Shown: piece by piece, positions 8,826-18,125 of the stretch | How the letters are laid out: every line of letters starts with the position of its first letter | Position numbering within the stretch: position 1 is the stretch's first letter | From: a virus | Taxonomy: Duplodnaviria; Caudoviricetes | IMG/VR virus record: IMGVR_UViG_2595698524_000001 | Location: 159,990-223,989 of that record | Strand: one strand, 5' to 3' | Length of the DNA: 64,000 nucleotides | Position numbers and translations under genes: made by a program | The notes under the pieces: generated by a model | Seen by the model: the letters and a program-made list of their open reading frames with translations, nothing else | Database searches by the model: none | Told to the model about the DNA's origin: nothing

Positions 8826-9341
8826 ATGGTAGCGGGTATAATTAAGCTCCTACCACTATTGACGTTTCTGCTGGAAGTATTCAAATCTGATGATGGCAAA
8901 TTCACGGCGAAAGCTAAAGCAGTTTTCCTCGCGTTTCTGGCAATTCTCAGCTTCTCTGCTTACGTTTCGTACGCATACGTTCAGCAGTTTCACGCTTTAG
9001 TGGAACTGAAAGCTCATCAGCAGTACCTGATAAAGTCCGAAGGCGACGCCAACGGGCGGGCACTCCGGTTAGAAAACCGGGTTACCGAGTTGGAAAACAA
9101 ACTCGATGTCTGCCGCAACCGGCCGCCATATGATGGCGTGTCGGTGCGAACTCCAAAACCAACTCAGCCAGATATTATCTCTACGCCAGCCGCCGTAATT
9201 AAAACTCCAACCCCTCCCAAACATCCAGTGCCGTATAAGCCAGATGTAATTCTGCCGACTACGGCTATTGTTTCACGGGAGGATAAGGAGAAAGGGCTTG
9301 CTGACCGTATGGATAAAATCACGCGACACATAAATAATTAA
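8826..9341 (+). CDS. Inner-membrane protein with coiled coil and Pro-rich region (candidate i-spanin)
   Basis: TM VFLAFLAILSFSAYVSYAYV; coiled coil RALRLENRVTELENKLDVC; adjacent lipoprotein. Confidence 0.55.
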   Translation: MVAGIIKLLPLLTFLLEVFKSDDGKFTAKAKAVFLAFLAILSFSAYVSYAYVQQFHALVELKAHQQYLIKSEGDANGRALRLENRVTELENKLDVCRNRPPYDGVSVRTPKPTQPDIISTPAAVIKTPTPPKHPVPYKPDVILPTTAIVSREDKEKGLADRMDKITRHINN

Positions 9342-9350
9342 GAGGTCGTT

Positions 9351-9797
9351 ATGCCGTGGGTAATATGGTTCTTAGTAATAATGCTAACCGGCTGTTCATC
9401 TTTCAGTGGGTATCGTGACGGTGCGGTGTCGCAACTGAAGGATGGGCCGGACGTTACTGATTACCGTAACGCCGAATCCAGCGATGCCGTATTACGCGAT
9501 TACGTGACAGAGGTCAATCTGTACGCGTTTTATGTATTTAACTACACGAAAGCACTGAACGAGTACGCAATGAAACACGGCTGGCATCCGTTACCGATAC
9601 CGCCGGTTTGCGAACAGTACACGATGCCGGGATTAATGGACATTCCCGATTTTGTGTTCCGTCGCGGAATCAAATCCGATGACGAAGTTGACATGGCCTT
9701 AGCAAGTTATATCCGCGCACTACGGGCAAGGATGAACGAAAATGCACTGCGCGTAAATAGAGCTTTTGCTAAGCACCGTGAGGCGTGTATTTACTAA
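9351..9797 (+). CDS. Lipoprotein (candidate o-spanin)
   Basis: Hydrophobic signal ending in lipobox LTGC; Ser at +2; Pro-rich HPLPIPPVC. Confidence 0.6.
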   Translation: MPWVIWFLVIMLTGCSSFSGYRDGAVSQLKDGPDVTDYRNAESSDAVLRDYVTEVNLYAFYVFNYTKALNEYAMKHGWHPLPIPPVCEQYTMPGLMDIPDFVFRRGIKSDDEVDMALASYIRALRARMNENALRVNRAFAKHREACIY

Positions 9798-9803
9798 TAA
9801 GAC

Positions 9804-9838
9804 GGCTGTCCTTCGGGACAGCCCCTTCTTACTTTTTT
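9804..9838 (+). terminator. Intrinsic terminator
   Basis: GGCTGTCC-TTCG-GGACAGCC plus T-rich tail. Confidence 0.8.
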
Positions 9839-9859
9839 ACGCTATACCGTATTACTGTG
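9833..9859 (+). promoter_or_regulatory. Putative middle-type promoter TTTTTTAC-N15-TGTG
   Basis: Same spacing as the motif upstream of uvsX. Confidence 0.45.
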
Positions 9860-9880
9860 TATACATTAAGGAGACCCCCA

Positions 9881-10609
9881 ATGGCACATTACATTCCAAA
9901 GCTTCCGGCTATCGTCCATGCTATCGATACCGAAACCAAGGCGTTACGACCGAATGCGTATATTCTTAGCATGGGTGGCTCGACCTTTGATATTGCTACC
10001 TTATCACTGCTGGGTTGTACTTACGTGGCAGTTGACCCTAATGACCCCGAAGCAGATAAAATCTTCGACACCGACTCGAGCACCGTGGCGTGGTGGAACG
10101 GTGAAGGTGACCCGGCCTTTGCACCAACACCAGAAGCGAAAAAGGCAGCATGGTCGGGCACCACTAAAATCGATGTGGCGCTGAAAATCGTGGTCGAATA
10201 CTTCGAACAGTTTAAAAAGTTCGACTCTGTACTGGTTAGTCGCGGCCCAGAATTCGATATGCCGATTATGTGTAATGCGTTAGTTGCATGCAACGTGTTC
10301 CAAGGTATCTTCCGTAAGTTCTCAGCCTGCGAATCAGACCGTACTGTCGAACGTCTGATGTTGGCGTTCGGGTTGGATATGAATCAGGCGGTGGAAGAGC
10401 ACAACTGGGTCGGTAAAGGTCAGTGGGTTGAACATCACCCGAGCTTTGACTCTGCACGCAGTGCTTATCGTACGGCACGTGCCTATCATCTGGCGCATAT
10501 TGCCAAGAACTACGGGTTTGAGAAGATGCTGATTGCACATAAGGCGCTGTGTGAAGGCACTTATAACCCGGCTCTGGGATACAAAGGGGAATTCAATGGA
10601 GCAGGCTGA
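9881..10609 (+). CDS. DEDDh-family 3'-5' exo(ribo)nuclease
   Basis: IDTET (ExoI), FDMPI (ExoII), HHPSFDS (ExoIII); AAGGAG RBS before ATG at 9881. Confidence 0.8.
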   Translation: MAHYIPKLPAIVHAIDTETKALRPNAYILSMGGSTFDIATLSLLGCTYVAVDPNDPEADKIFDTDSSTVAWWNGEGDPAFAPTPEAKKAAWSGTTKIDVALKIVVEYFEQFKKFDSVLVSRGPEFDMPIMCNALVACNVFQGIFRKFSACESDRTVERLMLAFGLDMNQAVEEHNWVGKGQWVEHHPSFDSARSAYRTARAYHLAHIAKNYGFEKMLIAHKALCEGTYNPALGYKGEFNGAG

Positions 10610-12137
10610 TGTAGCGGTGTTGTATACGGACGGTAGCCATTTCCCTGACCCGCATGGGTCAGGTGCAGGCATCTTCGCGTACACCATCGACAAACTGGAT
10701 GAAGGGTTTGCTGAGGGTTACAGTTTCCCGGGCATCCCTGAGGCTATCACGTCGGAAGGCTTTAAGCCAATGACCGTCTCTGACCCGAAACCTCTGTTGC
10801 CTGAAGGTCGGGTGAAGTTTTACGAGGCGGTAATTCCGGTGCGTCCCTCTTCTGCGCAGGTGGGTGAACTCGTTGCCTTCATTGCCGCGTTCGACGTTAC
10901 CCCCTTCAAGGCGAAGAAATACATTATCTACGCCGATTCCAATTACATGATTAACACGGTCACGGATTGGATTTGGGGCTGGGAACGTAAAGGCTGGATG
11001 CGAGCGGACGGTACGCCGTGTGCAAACCTCGATTTACTCAAACGCATGATTACGATTCTGCGGGCGATTAAAGAGCAGGGTATCACGTTGATAGTGAGAA
11101 AAATCAAAGCGCACAACGGGCACTTTGGTAATGAAGCTGCGGATAAGTTGGCGAAGCAAGGTGCTGCTGCATCTGCATTAACCAACGAACACAACTTCAC
11201 TCCGTTCTGGCGTGAGATTTATAACGAAGCGCCGGAAGACGAGGAAACGCCGGAGGTCTTCCAGAAACCGGAACTCCCGGGCGGCGGTATGGATATCACG
11301 TCACTGCCATCGATAATGTCGCACAAGTGGCATTACCTGCTGTCGGATGAAGAAATCCCGAGCATGACGCTCGCTAACGGCGAACGTTGGGAGTACGTTC
11401 TGTCTGGCCACCACGCGAAAGACAAGAACGACTTGGTTCTGGTCGGTAAGTTCTTGCCGGACGCGATGTTCTCCGTGACGATGCACCGTGAAGCGCCGCG
11501 TAACTTGAAGTTCATCGTTGATGAGCATGCAAGACGTGCGTGGGAAGGTGTGCCGATGCTGAAACAGTATCGTGCCGTCACCATGATTAACGGCGATTAC
11601 CTCAAACGTAAGAAGTTCGTTGAGGCAGCTAAGGACGGATTGCCGGTTGACCAGATGACGTTTAAGTCTGACGGTAACGCGTGGATGTTTGAAGACACCT
11701 GTATCAGTTACATGTTACGACCGGCTCTGCTTTCTTATCGGGCGCTGGAGATTCGCGATGAGCTGGCACAGATGTTGAAGGATGTTGTCGAAGGACATTC
11801 GAGTGTGGTCTTTAATGACATCACCGATAAGTTCTTCGATGAGGAACACAAACCGAGAAAGGACTACTACCGTAACGTAGACCGCAGCATTAAGATTGCG
11901 GTTAACTACCCGGGTAGCGAAAAGCCTATTGACGTGATTCTTTCACGTAGCATAGACATACCTTCTCGTACCGAGCTTAATCGCATTTATGAACCGGGCG
12001 GACGATTCGGTGTTGCGACGTGGCGACGGGACACACATTTAACTGTCTATGCTCTGGTGTATTTGGGCAAAGACGCACACGGCTTATGGATGGGATACTA
12101 CAGCGCTAAACGTATCCTGACGTTAGAACAAATTTAA
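10596..12137 (+). CDS. rnh: Ribonuclease H (RNase HI domain plus long C-terminal extension)
   Basis: LYTDGS, AQVGELVA, YADSNY, W..KGW, NLDL, KIKAHNGHFGNEAADKLA. Confidence 0.9.
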   Translation: MEQADVAVLYTDGSHFPDPHGSGAGIFAYTIDKLDEGFAEGYSFPGIPEAITSEGFKPMTVSDPKPLLPEGRVKFYEAVIPVRPSSAQVGELVAFIAAFDVTPFKAKKYIIYADSNYMINTVTDWIWGWERKGWMRADGTPCANLDLLKRMITILRAIKEQGITLIVRKIKAHNGHFGNEAADKLAKQGAAASALTNEHNFTPFWREIYNEAPEDEETPEVFQKPELPGGGMDITSLPSIMSHKWHYLLSDEEIPSMTLANGERWEYVLSGHHAKDKNDLVLVGKFLPDAMFSVTMHREAPRNLKFIVDEHARRAWEGVPMLKQYRAVTMINGDYLKRKKFVEAAKDGLPVDQMTFKSDGNAWMFEDTCISYMLRPALLSYRALEIRDELAQMLKDVVEGHSSVVFNDITDKFFDEEHKPRKDYYRNVDRSIKIAVNYPGSEKPIDVILSRSIDIPSRTELNRIYEPGGRFGVATWRRDTHLTVYALVYLGKDAHGLWMGYYSAKRILTLEQI

Positions 12138-12156
12138 AATATATGTTATCGCGTGA
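12136..12156 (+). promoter_or_regulatory. Putative early promoter
   Basis: AAAATATATGTTATCGCGTGA. Confidence 0.6.
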
Positions 12157-12179
12157 TACCAAAATGAGGAGTATTTGCA

Positions 12180-12956
12180 ATGCAAGTAGTAATGAGTTAT
12201 GAATTGTCGAAACTGAATGTTGAGTTTCGCAGCCTTTTAATGAAACACCTCATCACGCGATACTTTGAGGAGAACAAAATCCCGGACGTTTGGGCCGAGG
12301 AAAGCGAAGTCATTATTGAAGAGCTGGACATTCCGGCTCAGTTGGTTATCAGTCGTCTGTTTGGCGGTTGGTTGGACGCAGTGGTCAACCACGTCAATCA
12401 GGGTACGCCGCTTAGCGCAGAAGAGCTGGTCGAGTACCCCCACCAGATGGACGACCTCTACGACTCGTACAGTTTCGAGTCTGAGAAAGAATACCACCGG
12501 GACTTCTCCGGTTACATGGACCAGACCGCGTGGGAATTCATGGCCAAAGCTGCCGAGTATCTGACCGAGGATGAGATGCTCGCGACGATTCACGAGTTGC
12601 TTTCAAGCATCGGTGCAGAAATCTACGGCACCTTCAAAGCGCTATCGTTGGGAAAAGTTGTCGGTCTGTGGCACTCAATGGAAAATTACGAGCAGCTTAT
12701 CTGGCAAGGTAAGCCGGTGCTGTTCGCCATTGAAGCCGATGACTACGAGGTTCTGTATACAGGGCCGAAATCTGAGGAGTTCGCAGGTTCAGAAGAATCT
12801 AAGGTCACCACGGGGCCGGGAGAATATTTCTATCTGTGGAACGGCAAACTCATCACGTACGGTAACCGCATCGTGAAAATCCCAGCTGGCGATACCATTC
12901 AAGTCTGCGAACTGAAAGACGATGTGGTATCCAAAATCGAAAGGGCTTCTGAATGA
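12180..12956 (+). CDS. Acidic hypothetical protein (probable paralog of next gene)
   Basis: GAGGAG RBS; C-terminal similarity to 12953..13759. Confidence 0.75.
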   Translation: MQVVMSYELSKLNVEFRSLLMKHLITRYFEENKIPDVWAEESEVIIEELDIPAQLVISRLFGGWLDAVVNHVNQGTPLSAEELVEYPHQMDDLYDSYSFESEKEYHRDFSGYMDQTAWEFMAKAAEYLTEDEMLATIHELLSSIGAEIYGTFKALSLGKVVGLWHSMENYEQLIWQGKPVLFAIEADDYEVLYTGPKSEEFAGSEESKVTTGPGEYFYLWNGKLITYGNRIVKIPAGDTIQVCELKDDVVSKIERASE

Positions 12957-13759
12957 AGAAAGTCATCAGTGGCGTAATCACTTCCCTCAAAACTTCCATT
13001 CGTAATGAGTGGGATACGTGGTGGGAAAGTGAATTCAGCGTGGCAACACCTGAGCATTATCGACCGTACGTTGAGGGTATCAACATCTCCGGCCAGTTAA
13101 GTATCGAGCAGGTGAAGTCCCTGCCGTACTGGACGATGGCGAACGACGCGGTGCAGGAGTTCCAGAAACGTCTGTTCGAAGCGCTGTTCAAAGAGTATAA
13201 CTTGCGGGACACCTACGACCATTCGCATTTCATGCATGTGCTGTTGGATGTGTTCGGTGAAACGTGGGATAACGACCTGCAAGTGCTGCTCGACAAAGTG
13301 GATACCCACGAGTGGGAACACCGTGATGCGTGTGACGTGTTCGTTAAGAACATGATTACCACGTTCATGGACCAGCTTGTGGAAATCATGACGTCAGAGT
13401 GGTCTGAGGCGTTCTACTTCGGCTTCTTTGAAGAGATGGATGGGATTGAGGAAAGTCTGCCAGCGTTGGGTATCACACCACTGGTCGACCTGGCCGATTT
13501 CTCTGCTGACCCACAAAGTCGTATCTGCATCATTGAGAGCGACGATGTGTCTTACGAAGCCATTAAGACGTGGGACGGTTCACAAGACGTAATCGAATGG
13601 TTACGTCAGGGGCTGGAGAACGCGCATTTGCAACGCATCATCTGGCTGGTTAATGGGCAAGTCGAACTCGACATGGCTCACCGTACGCTGAACACTGGCG
13701 ACATTATTAAGAAGTGCCTGTTAAAATTAGGAGCAAACCCAAGTGCAGTTAATCATTGA
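12953..13759 (+). CDS. Acidic hypothetical protein
   Basis: ATGA overlap; 268-aa ORF. Confidence 0.75.
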   Translation: MKKVISGVITSLKTSIRNEWDTWWESEFSVATPEHYRPYVEGINISGQLSIEQVKSLPYWTMANDAVQEFQKRLFEALFKEYNLRDTYDHSHFMHVLLDVFGETWDNDLQVLLDKVDTHEWEHRDACDVFVKNMITTFMDQLVEIMTSEWSEAFYFGFFEEMDGIEESLPALGITPLVDLADFSADPQSRICIIESDDVSYEAIKTWDGSQDVIEWLRQGLENAHLQRIIWLVNGQVELDMAHRTLNTGDIIKKCLLKLGANPSAVNH

Positions 13760-14276
13760 TTTTCGTAATAGTGACGTATCCGACGCGCTCCGCAATCTGA
13801 GCAACGGCATGAAAACCAATGTTATGCTTCTTATCGAAGAGGCATTGGGCATGACGGAAATCAAGTTGTCGGTTGACACGGGTAACGATCATGTGTTTAT
13901 CAACAACGCTAATTTGGCTGATATCGTGGAAGATGTCATCACCCGCGAACTGCAACGCATCTTCGGGCAAGCGGTAACGATTAACACCGGTAATTTCAAC
14001 GACGTGTCTGAGTTCCTCGAACTATGCTCACAACGTTTCGGTGAAATCTTTAACCGACTGGTTACCGAAGCACAGGCCACCGAACTGACAGCCAAAATGT
14101 TGGTCGACGGTCAGGCGGCAGGCGACTTCAAAGATACCTTGACCAATCTGGTGCCAGCGGAAACGTGGGCGGGGATTGAGAAAGAATTCGATGAAGGCCG
14201 TCAGCAAGCTCTCCGTATAATGCGTACATCGCTGGAAAGTTTGATGGCATCACTCGAACCGGGGTCAGTCATGTAA
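13743..14276 (+). CDS. Hypothetical protein
   Basis: AGGAG RBS, GTG start. Confidence 0.7.
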   Translation: MQLIIDFRNSDVSDALRNLSNGMKTNVMLLIEEALGMTEIKLSVDTGNDHVFINNANLADIVEDVITRELQRIFGQAVTINTGNFNDVSEFLELCSQRFGEIFNRLVTEAQATELTAKMLVDGQAAGDFKDTLTNLVPAETWAGIEKEFDEGRQQALRIMRTSLESLMASLEPGSVM

Positions 14277-14286
14277 GGAGTGGCGT

Positions 14287-14741
14287 ATGCAATACGTCTT
14301 CTCGTTAGATTACAACCAGCTCTCTATTCCCAACCGTCGTCATCTTCGCAATGCAGTGGCTCGCTTACGGCGAGCTGTTGCTTCGGGGATTGTGCTCAGT
14401 CATGGGAAAGGTCAGTGGAAAGGATGCAGTAAAGCAGTTGCTTGTCAAATGGCCGGTGAGGTTAAACCTCACTTAACAAAAACTCACACCGTTGAAATTA
14501 AACGCGTGGGGACAGCGGAAGCGGTCTTTAAAATCCTGCGCGACGCTGCTAACCTTGAAGTCGTATTGCCTGACAATATCCAATTAGATGAAAAGACTGT
14601 ACACGGTCTCTCGCCCGAAGCGAAAGGTCGTATGCAGGGTGCTTGGCACTACTTTCGTGATACCGTGAAATGGATTACGGAAGATGAGCTGCATGAGCAA
14701 GCTGAACGGATATACGGTCAGTTGATTGCCAAGAAAAATAA
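14287..14741 (+). CDS. Hypothetical protein; true end probably near 14741 (ORF as sequenced runs to 15114)
   Basis: AAGGAG RBS; out-of-frame AAAAATAA immediately before a terminator; the extension overlaps a convergent gene. Confidence 0.6.
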
Positions 14742-14800
14742 GAAACTGCCTACTACCCTCACGGGTAGTAGGTCGGTTTTATGCTTTATCTTTTTTTGCC
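14731..14800. terminator. Bidirectional terminator
   Basis: CCTACTACCC-TCAC-GGGTAGTAGG (14749-14772) with A-rich and T-rich flanks. Confidence 0.75.
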
Positions 14801-15540
14801 AGCGTTTTGATTTGGTCAGTAGTGGCGTTGATGCAGTTAGTCATCTCGTCAATCTGACGCATGAACAGGCCGAGCAGCTGAACCCACGCATCACACATGT
14901 CAACCAGTTTAACCAGCTCTTTCGACACGTTCGGGTTCACATCCGCTTCACTGATAATCTCGCACGAGCCAGAGATAGACTCGACCAGACCCAGAGTGTC
15001 TTTACGCATCGACTTAGAGATGGAGTCACGCAGTGCCTTAGCGCGGTGGAACGTGGATTCCAGTTCGCTGGCCGAGCGGTAAGTTTTCTCGAAGGCGCGT
15101 TGGTCAATTGCTGACGCAATATAGTTCTTCGAGAGTTTGCTAACGAGATCGTCAGGGTTAACATTAGACAGTGGGTATTTGAAACCTGACATGCGAAACG
15201 CTACGGGAACCGTTAACATAGCCGGTGCATTAGCCAGACCTGCCAGTTCGTTGTTAACGGGTTTCAACACACCGTCAACCACACCTTCCAGCACTTTCCA
15301 CACATCTTCGAGTTGTTTGATGTGGTCAAACACAAACGCGTTAAAGCCCGGCGGTACCGGAACCTGCATACCAAGGAAGTTGGCGTACTGCTCGCGTTTA
15401 ATCCATTTGCTGACTTCGTCGACATCGCTGTAAGTGGCCAGAACGACGTCGTCTTTGGTACCACTAAAAAAGCGTGGGACGATAGTGGTCACGTTACTGA
15501 CCATGGTGGCCATAGCTGGCCCGATGTCACGGATATTCAT
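14779..15540 (-). CDS. Conserved protein next to uvsX, probably virion protein
   Basis: AGGA RBS; TTAGTATGA late-type motif upstream; helical sequence. Confidence 0.7.
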   Translation of the reverse strand: MNIRDIGPAMATMVSNVTTIVPRFFSGTKDDVVLATYSDVDEVSKWIKREQYANFLGMQVPVPPGFNAFVFDHIKQLEDVWKVLEGVVDGVLKPVNNELAGLANAPAMLTVPVAFRMSGFKYPLSNVNPDDLVSKLSKNYIASAIDQRAFEKTYRSASELESTFHRAKALRDSISKSMRKDTLGLVESISGSCEIISEADVNPNVSKELVKLVDMCDAWVQLLGLFMRQIDEMTNCINATTDQIKTLAKKDKA

Positions 15541-15567
15541 TGGTAATCCTTCGGTTAAGGGTCGGAA

Positions 15568-15576
15568 TCATACTAA
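15568..15576 (-). promoter_or_regulatory. Putative late promoter (TTAGTATGA)
   Basis: Identical 9-mer upstream of the tail sheath gene; phiKZ late promoters have a TATG core. Confidence 0.45.
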
Positions 15577-15582
15577 AGACAC

Positions 15583-15608
15583 TTTTTACAACTTGACGAT
15601 AAGATATG
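15583..15608 (+). promoter_or_regulatory. Putative middle-type promoter TTTTTAC-N15-TATG upstream of uvsX
   Basis: TTTTTAC AACTTGACGATAAGA TATG. Confidence 0.55.
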
Positions 15609-15642
15609 TATAACTAACCCCAATAATTAATGGAGCACTACG

Positions 15643-17121
15643 ATGGCTGGTCCGAAGAAGGCTACTCAAGGTGAGGCTATTCGCCCACGTTTTAACATCT
15701 GGACTATTTTTGACCATGCGCTGGGCGAGTATGTGAAAGGCGAAGACGGCCTTTGGTACCTCAACGGCGGCTTTGGACACATCATGGGTTTCGCAGGTCG
15801 TGGTAACACTTTTAAATCCTTCCTGCTCGACTACTGCATCATGACCATTCTGCTCCGCTACCGCGCAGAGTGGGCATCGAAGTACGACACCGAAGTTTCT
15901 GCACAGCTTTCTCGTATGCAAACCGTGGTACGTTGTATCTGTAATGCCAACGGCTGGGAATATGACTACGCGGAACATGCCGTAGAAGTCCTGATGGAAA
16001 AAGGCTGCTTCAACATGCAGTCTTCCGACCTCGTGCCGGGCGAGCAGTGGTGGGCCGACTACATCCGTGATGAAGTTGAAGACCGCTACAAACAGTACAT
16101 GGGTAAAAAGAACCTGCGCGAAACGCCGTTCCCTGACCCGATTCGTAAAGAAAACAAAAAGATGCTCAACCCATGGGCATACGGTTGCGACTCGCTTTCC
16201 GAATGGAAAACGTCCAAGATGGAAGATGCGCGTGACGACTCTAACGTGGGTGACTCTGAACAGAACGCCTTGGCTGCACAAGACGCTAAGCAGAAGTCAG
16301 ACATGATGGGTCGTTGGCCAAACGCACTGGCGCGTGGACACTTCTACATGGGCTTCGTGGTTCACATCACGGATAACATGCAGATGGGTCGTATTGAACC
16401 GGGCAAAAAGCTCGATGAGTTCAAAGGCAACATCAAGTTTGCTAACGTGCCGGGTCGTGCTGTAACCTTCCTCACTAACTCCCTGCTGGTTGCCACTCAC
16501 TCTGGTGACTGTAAACAGCCTAGCAGCTTCAACTCCAAAACCGGTGTTGAAGAGCCGATGTTCCCTTCTGCGAAACAGAAAGGGAAAAGCAGTTCCGTTA
16601 ACGATTTGAAAATCATCCGCTATACCCAGTTCCGTGCCAAGTCCGGCCCGACGGGTGTGAAGATGGACATGATCTACTCTCAGGAACTCGGATTCATGCC
16701 GCACCTGTCTCTGTGGTATTACTTGAAAGAAACCTTAACCGGTGATTTCGGGTTTACACGTTCGGGGCATTTCTATGAGCTTAGCCTGCTGCCGGGTGTG
16801 AAGTTTGGTCGTACGACTATCTTCGACATGGCGCTTGAGAACCGTCGTTTACAGCGTGCTTTGGAAATTACTGCGGGTCTGGCGTATATCCAGAATAACT
16901 GGTTCCGCTTAGAGCCTGAGTACCATATCACGCCGCAGGAGCTTTACGATAAGGTGAAGGAAGCCGGGTTTGACTGGGATGAAATCTTAGACAACACCGT
17001 AGAATATTGGCAGTTCAAAGACCAAGAGACCAAAACCTCAAAACGTTGCGTCACGGTAAAAACCTTGCTGGACATGGCGTTAAAAGGTCTGAAGCCAAAG
17101 TTCCTCACAGTGAAAAAATAA
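15643..17121 (+). CDS. uvsX: UvsX/RecA-like recombinase
   Basis: LNGG before Walker A AGRGNTFKS; YDTEVS; Walker B-like GCDSLS; KSGPTG. Confidence 0.85.
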   Translation: MAGPKKATQGEAIRPRFNIWTIFDHALGEYVKGEDGLWYLNGGFGHIMGFAGRGNTFKSFLLDYCIMTILLRYRAEWASKYDTEVSAQLSRMQTVVRCICNANGWEYDYAEHAVEVLMEKGCFNMQSSDLVPGEQWWADYIRDEVEDRYKQYMGKKNLRETPFPDPIRKENKKMLNPWAYGCDSLSEWKTSKMEDARDDSNVGDSEQNALAAQDAKQKSDMMGRWPNALARGHFYMGFVVHITDNMQMGRIEPGKKLDEFKGNIKFANVPGRAVTFLTNSLLVATHSGDCKQPSSFNSKTGVEEPMFPSAKQKGKSSSVNDLKIIRYTQFRAKSGPTGVKMDMIYSQELGFMPHLSLWYYLKETLTGDFGFTRSGHFYELSLLPGVKFGRTTIFDMALENRRLQRALEITAGLAYIQNNWFRLEPEYHITPQELYDKVKEAGFDWDEILDNTVEYWQFKDQETKTSKRCVTVKTLLDMALKGLKPKFLTVKK

Positions 17122-17130
17122 CTTTTGGTT

Positions 17131-17152
17131 GGGTAGGGGGAAACCCCTACCC
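17131..17152 (+). other. Perfect GC hairpin with GAAA loop and no U-tract
   Basis: GGGTAGGGG-GAAA-CCCCTACCC. Confidence 0.7.
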
Positions 17153-17167
17153 TAAAGGACTTTAAAA

Positions 17168-17479
17168 ATGCGTTATCAAGATGTGGTAATTGAGCGCCTG
17201 CGTCAAGGTCTGGCTAGCGTTGACCACGGCATCGCGCAAACTTTTGTTGACGAGTGTAGCTCACCGGCGAGTTCTCTGTACGAGTTCTCCGACCGCGTTA
17301 ATCGTCACTTCGCTGGGCTGTTACAAACGTGCGGGGTTAAACCTCAGCCACGTGACTTCGAAGTACCGGAAGACAATGACGCAATCCCGTACTGGATTGA
17401 GGATTTGGAAAACCGGGTTCATCCTGTCCTGAAATCAACCCGAGGTAAGAAAGATGGCACTGAATCAACAGCTGCGTAG
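17168..17479 (+). CDS. Hypothetical protein
   Basis: AAGGA RBS; operon position. Confidence 0.7.
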   Translation: MRYQDVVIERLRQGLASVDHGIAQTFVDECSSPASSLYEFSDRVNRHFAGLLQTCGVKPQPRDFEVPEDNDAIPYWIEDLENRVHPVLKSTRGKKDGTESTAA

Positions 17480-18125
17480 AAAGGCAGAAGCCTACATCTA
17501 TTCTATCCTCGACGCAGTAGACCCGTCAGGCATTAACACAAAAGTGGCCAAGGAATGTATCCCGGCAATGTCTGACGAGAAATTCGTCGAGATGGCGAAG
17601 ATGGGTATTCCGATTTACCAACCGGTTGGCGGGAAAACCAAAATCGACTACAAGAATAACATCAAAGTAGCCGAGAAGATGGGTATTCCTCTGTCAGAGA
17701 AACTCTGGCTGACGGAACCGAAGACCGGGTTAACTCACCTTACCCGTCACCCTCATCTGGTACTGCTGTTGCCGATTCGTCGACAAACGCAGATGCTGGA
17801 AAAGAAAATGTCTGTGGCCAAACACGATAAGATTCGTGATAAGCTTACAGGTCAGGTGACCGGCCCGTCAAAAGCGTCGGGGATTTCCTTCCCGGAAGCG
17901 TACATCATTTACTCGGATAAACTCGATGAGTCACTGCAGGAGTTCTTGCATGCTCGTGGGGGTAACGAGGCGGTGAACCGTGCCTTCTATCAGGCGCTGC
18001 GCATGACAGGTAAAGGTCGTATTCACATTCCGGGTGCAGAACGCACGTCAGCGAAGTCTACCCGTACGTGGGGTGCTTTCTATACGGCGATGCACATCGG
18101 TAACAACTTAGGACGTCCGCAATGA
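17454..18125 (+). CDS. Virion RNA polymerase beta subunit, C-terminal fragment (phiKZ gp149-like)
   Basis: KMSV...RDKLTGQVTGPSKASGISFPEA...LQEFLHARGG resembles the RpoB C-terminal ...VTQQP.GGKA..GGQRFGEME...LQEMLT region. Confidence 0.75.
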   Translation: MALNQQLRRKAEAYIYSILDAVDPSGINTKVAKECIPAMSDEKFVEMAKMGIPIYQPVGGKTKIDYKNNIKVAEKMGIPLSEKLWLTEPKTGLTHLTRHPHLVLLLPIRRQTQMLEKKMSVAKHDKIRDKLTGQVTGPSKASGISFPEAYIIYSDKLDESLQEFLHARGGNEAVNRAFYQALRMTGKGRIHIPGAERTSAKSTRTWGAFYTAMHIGNNLGRPQ

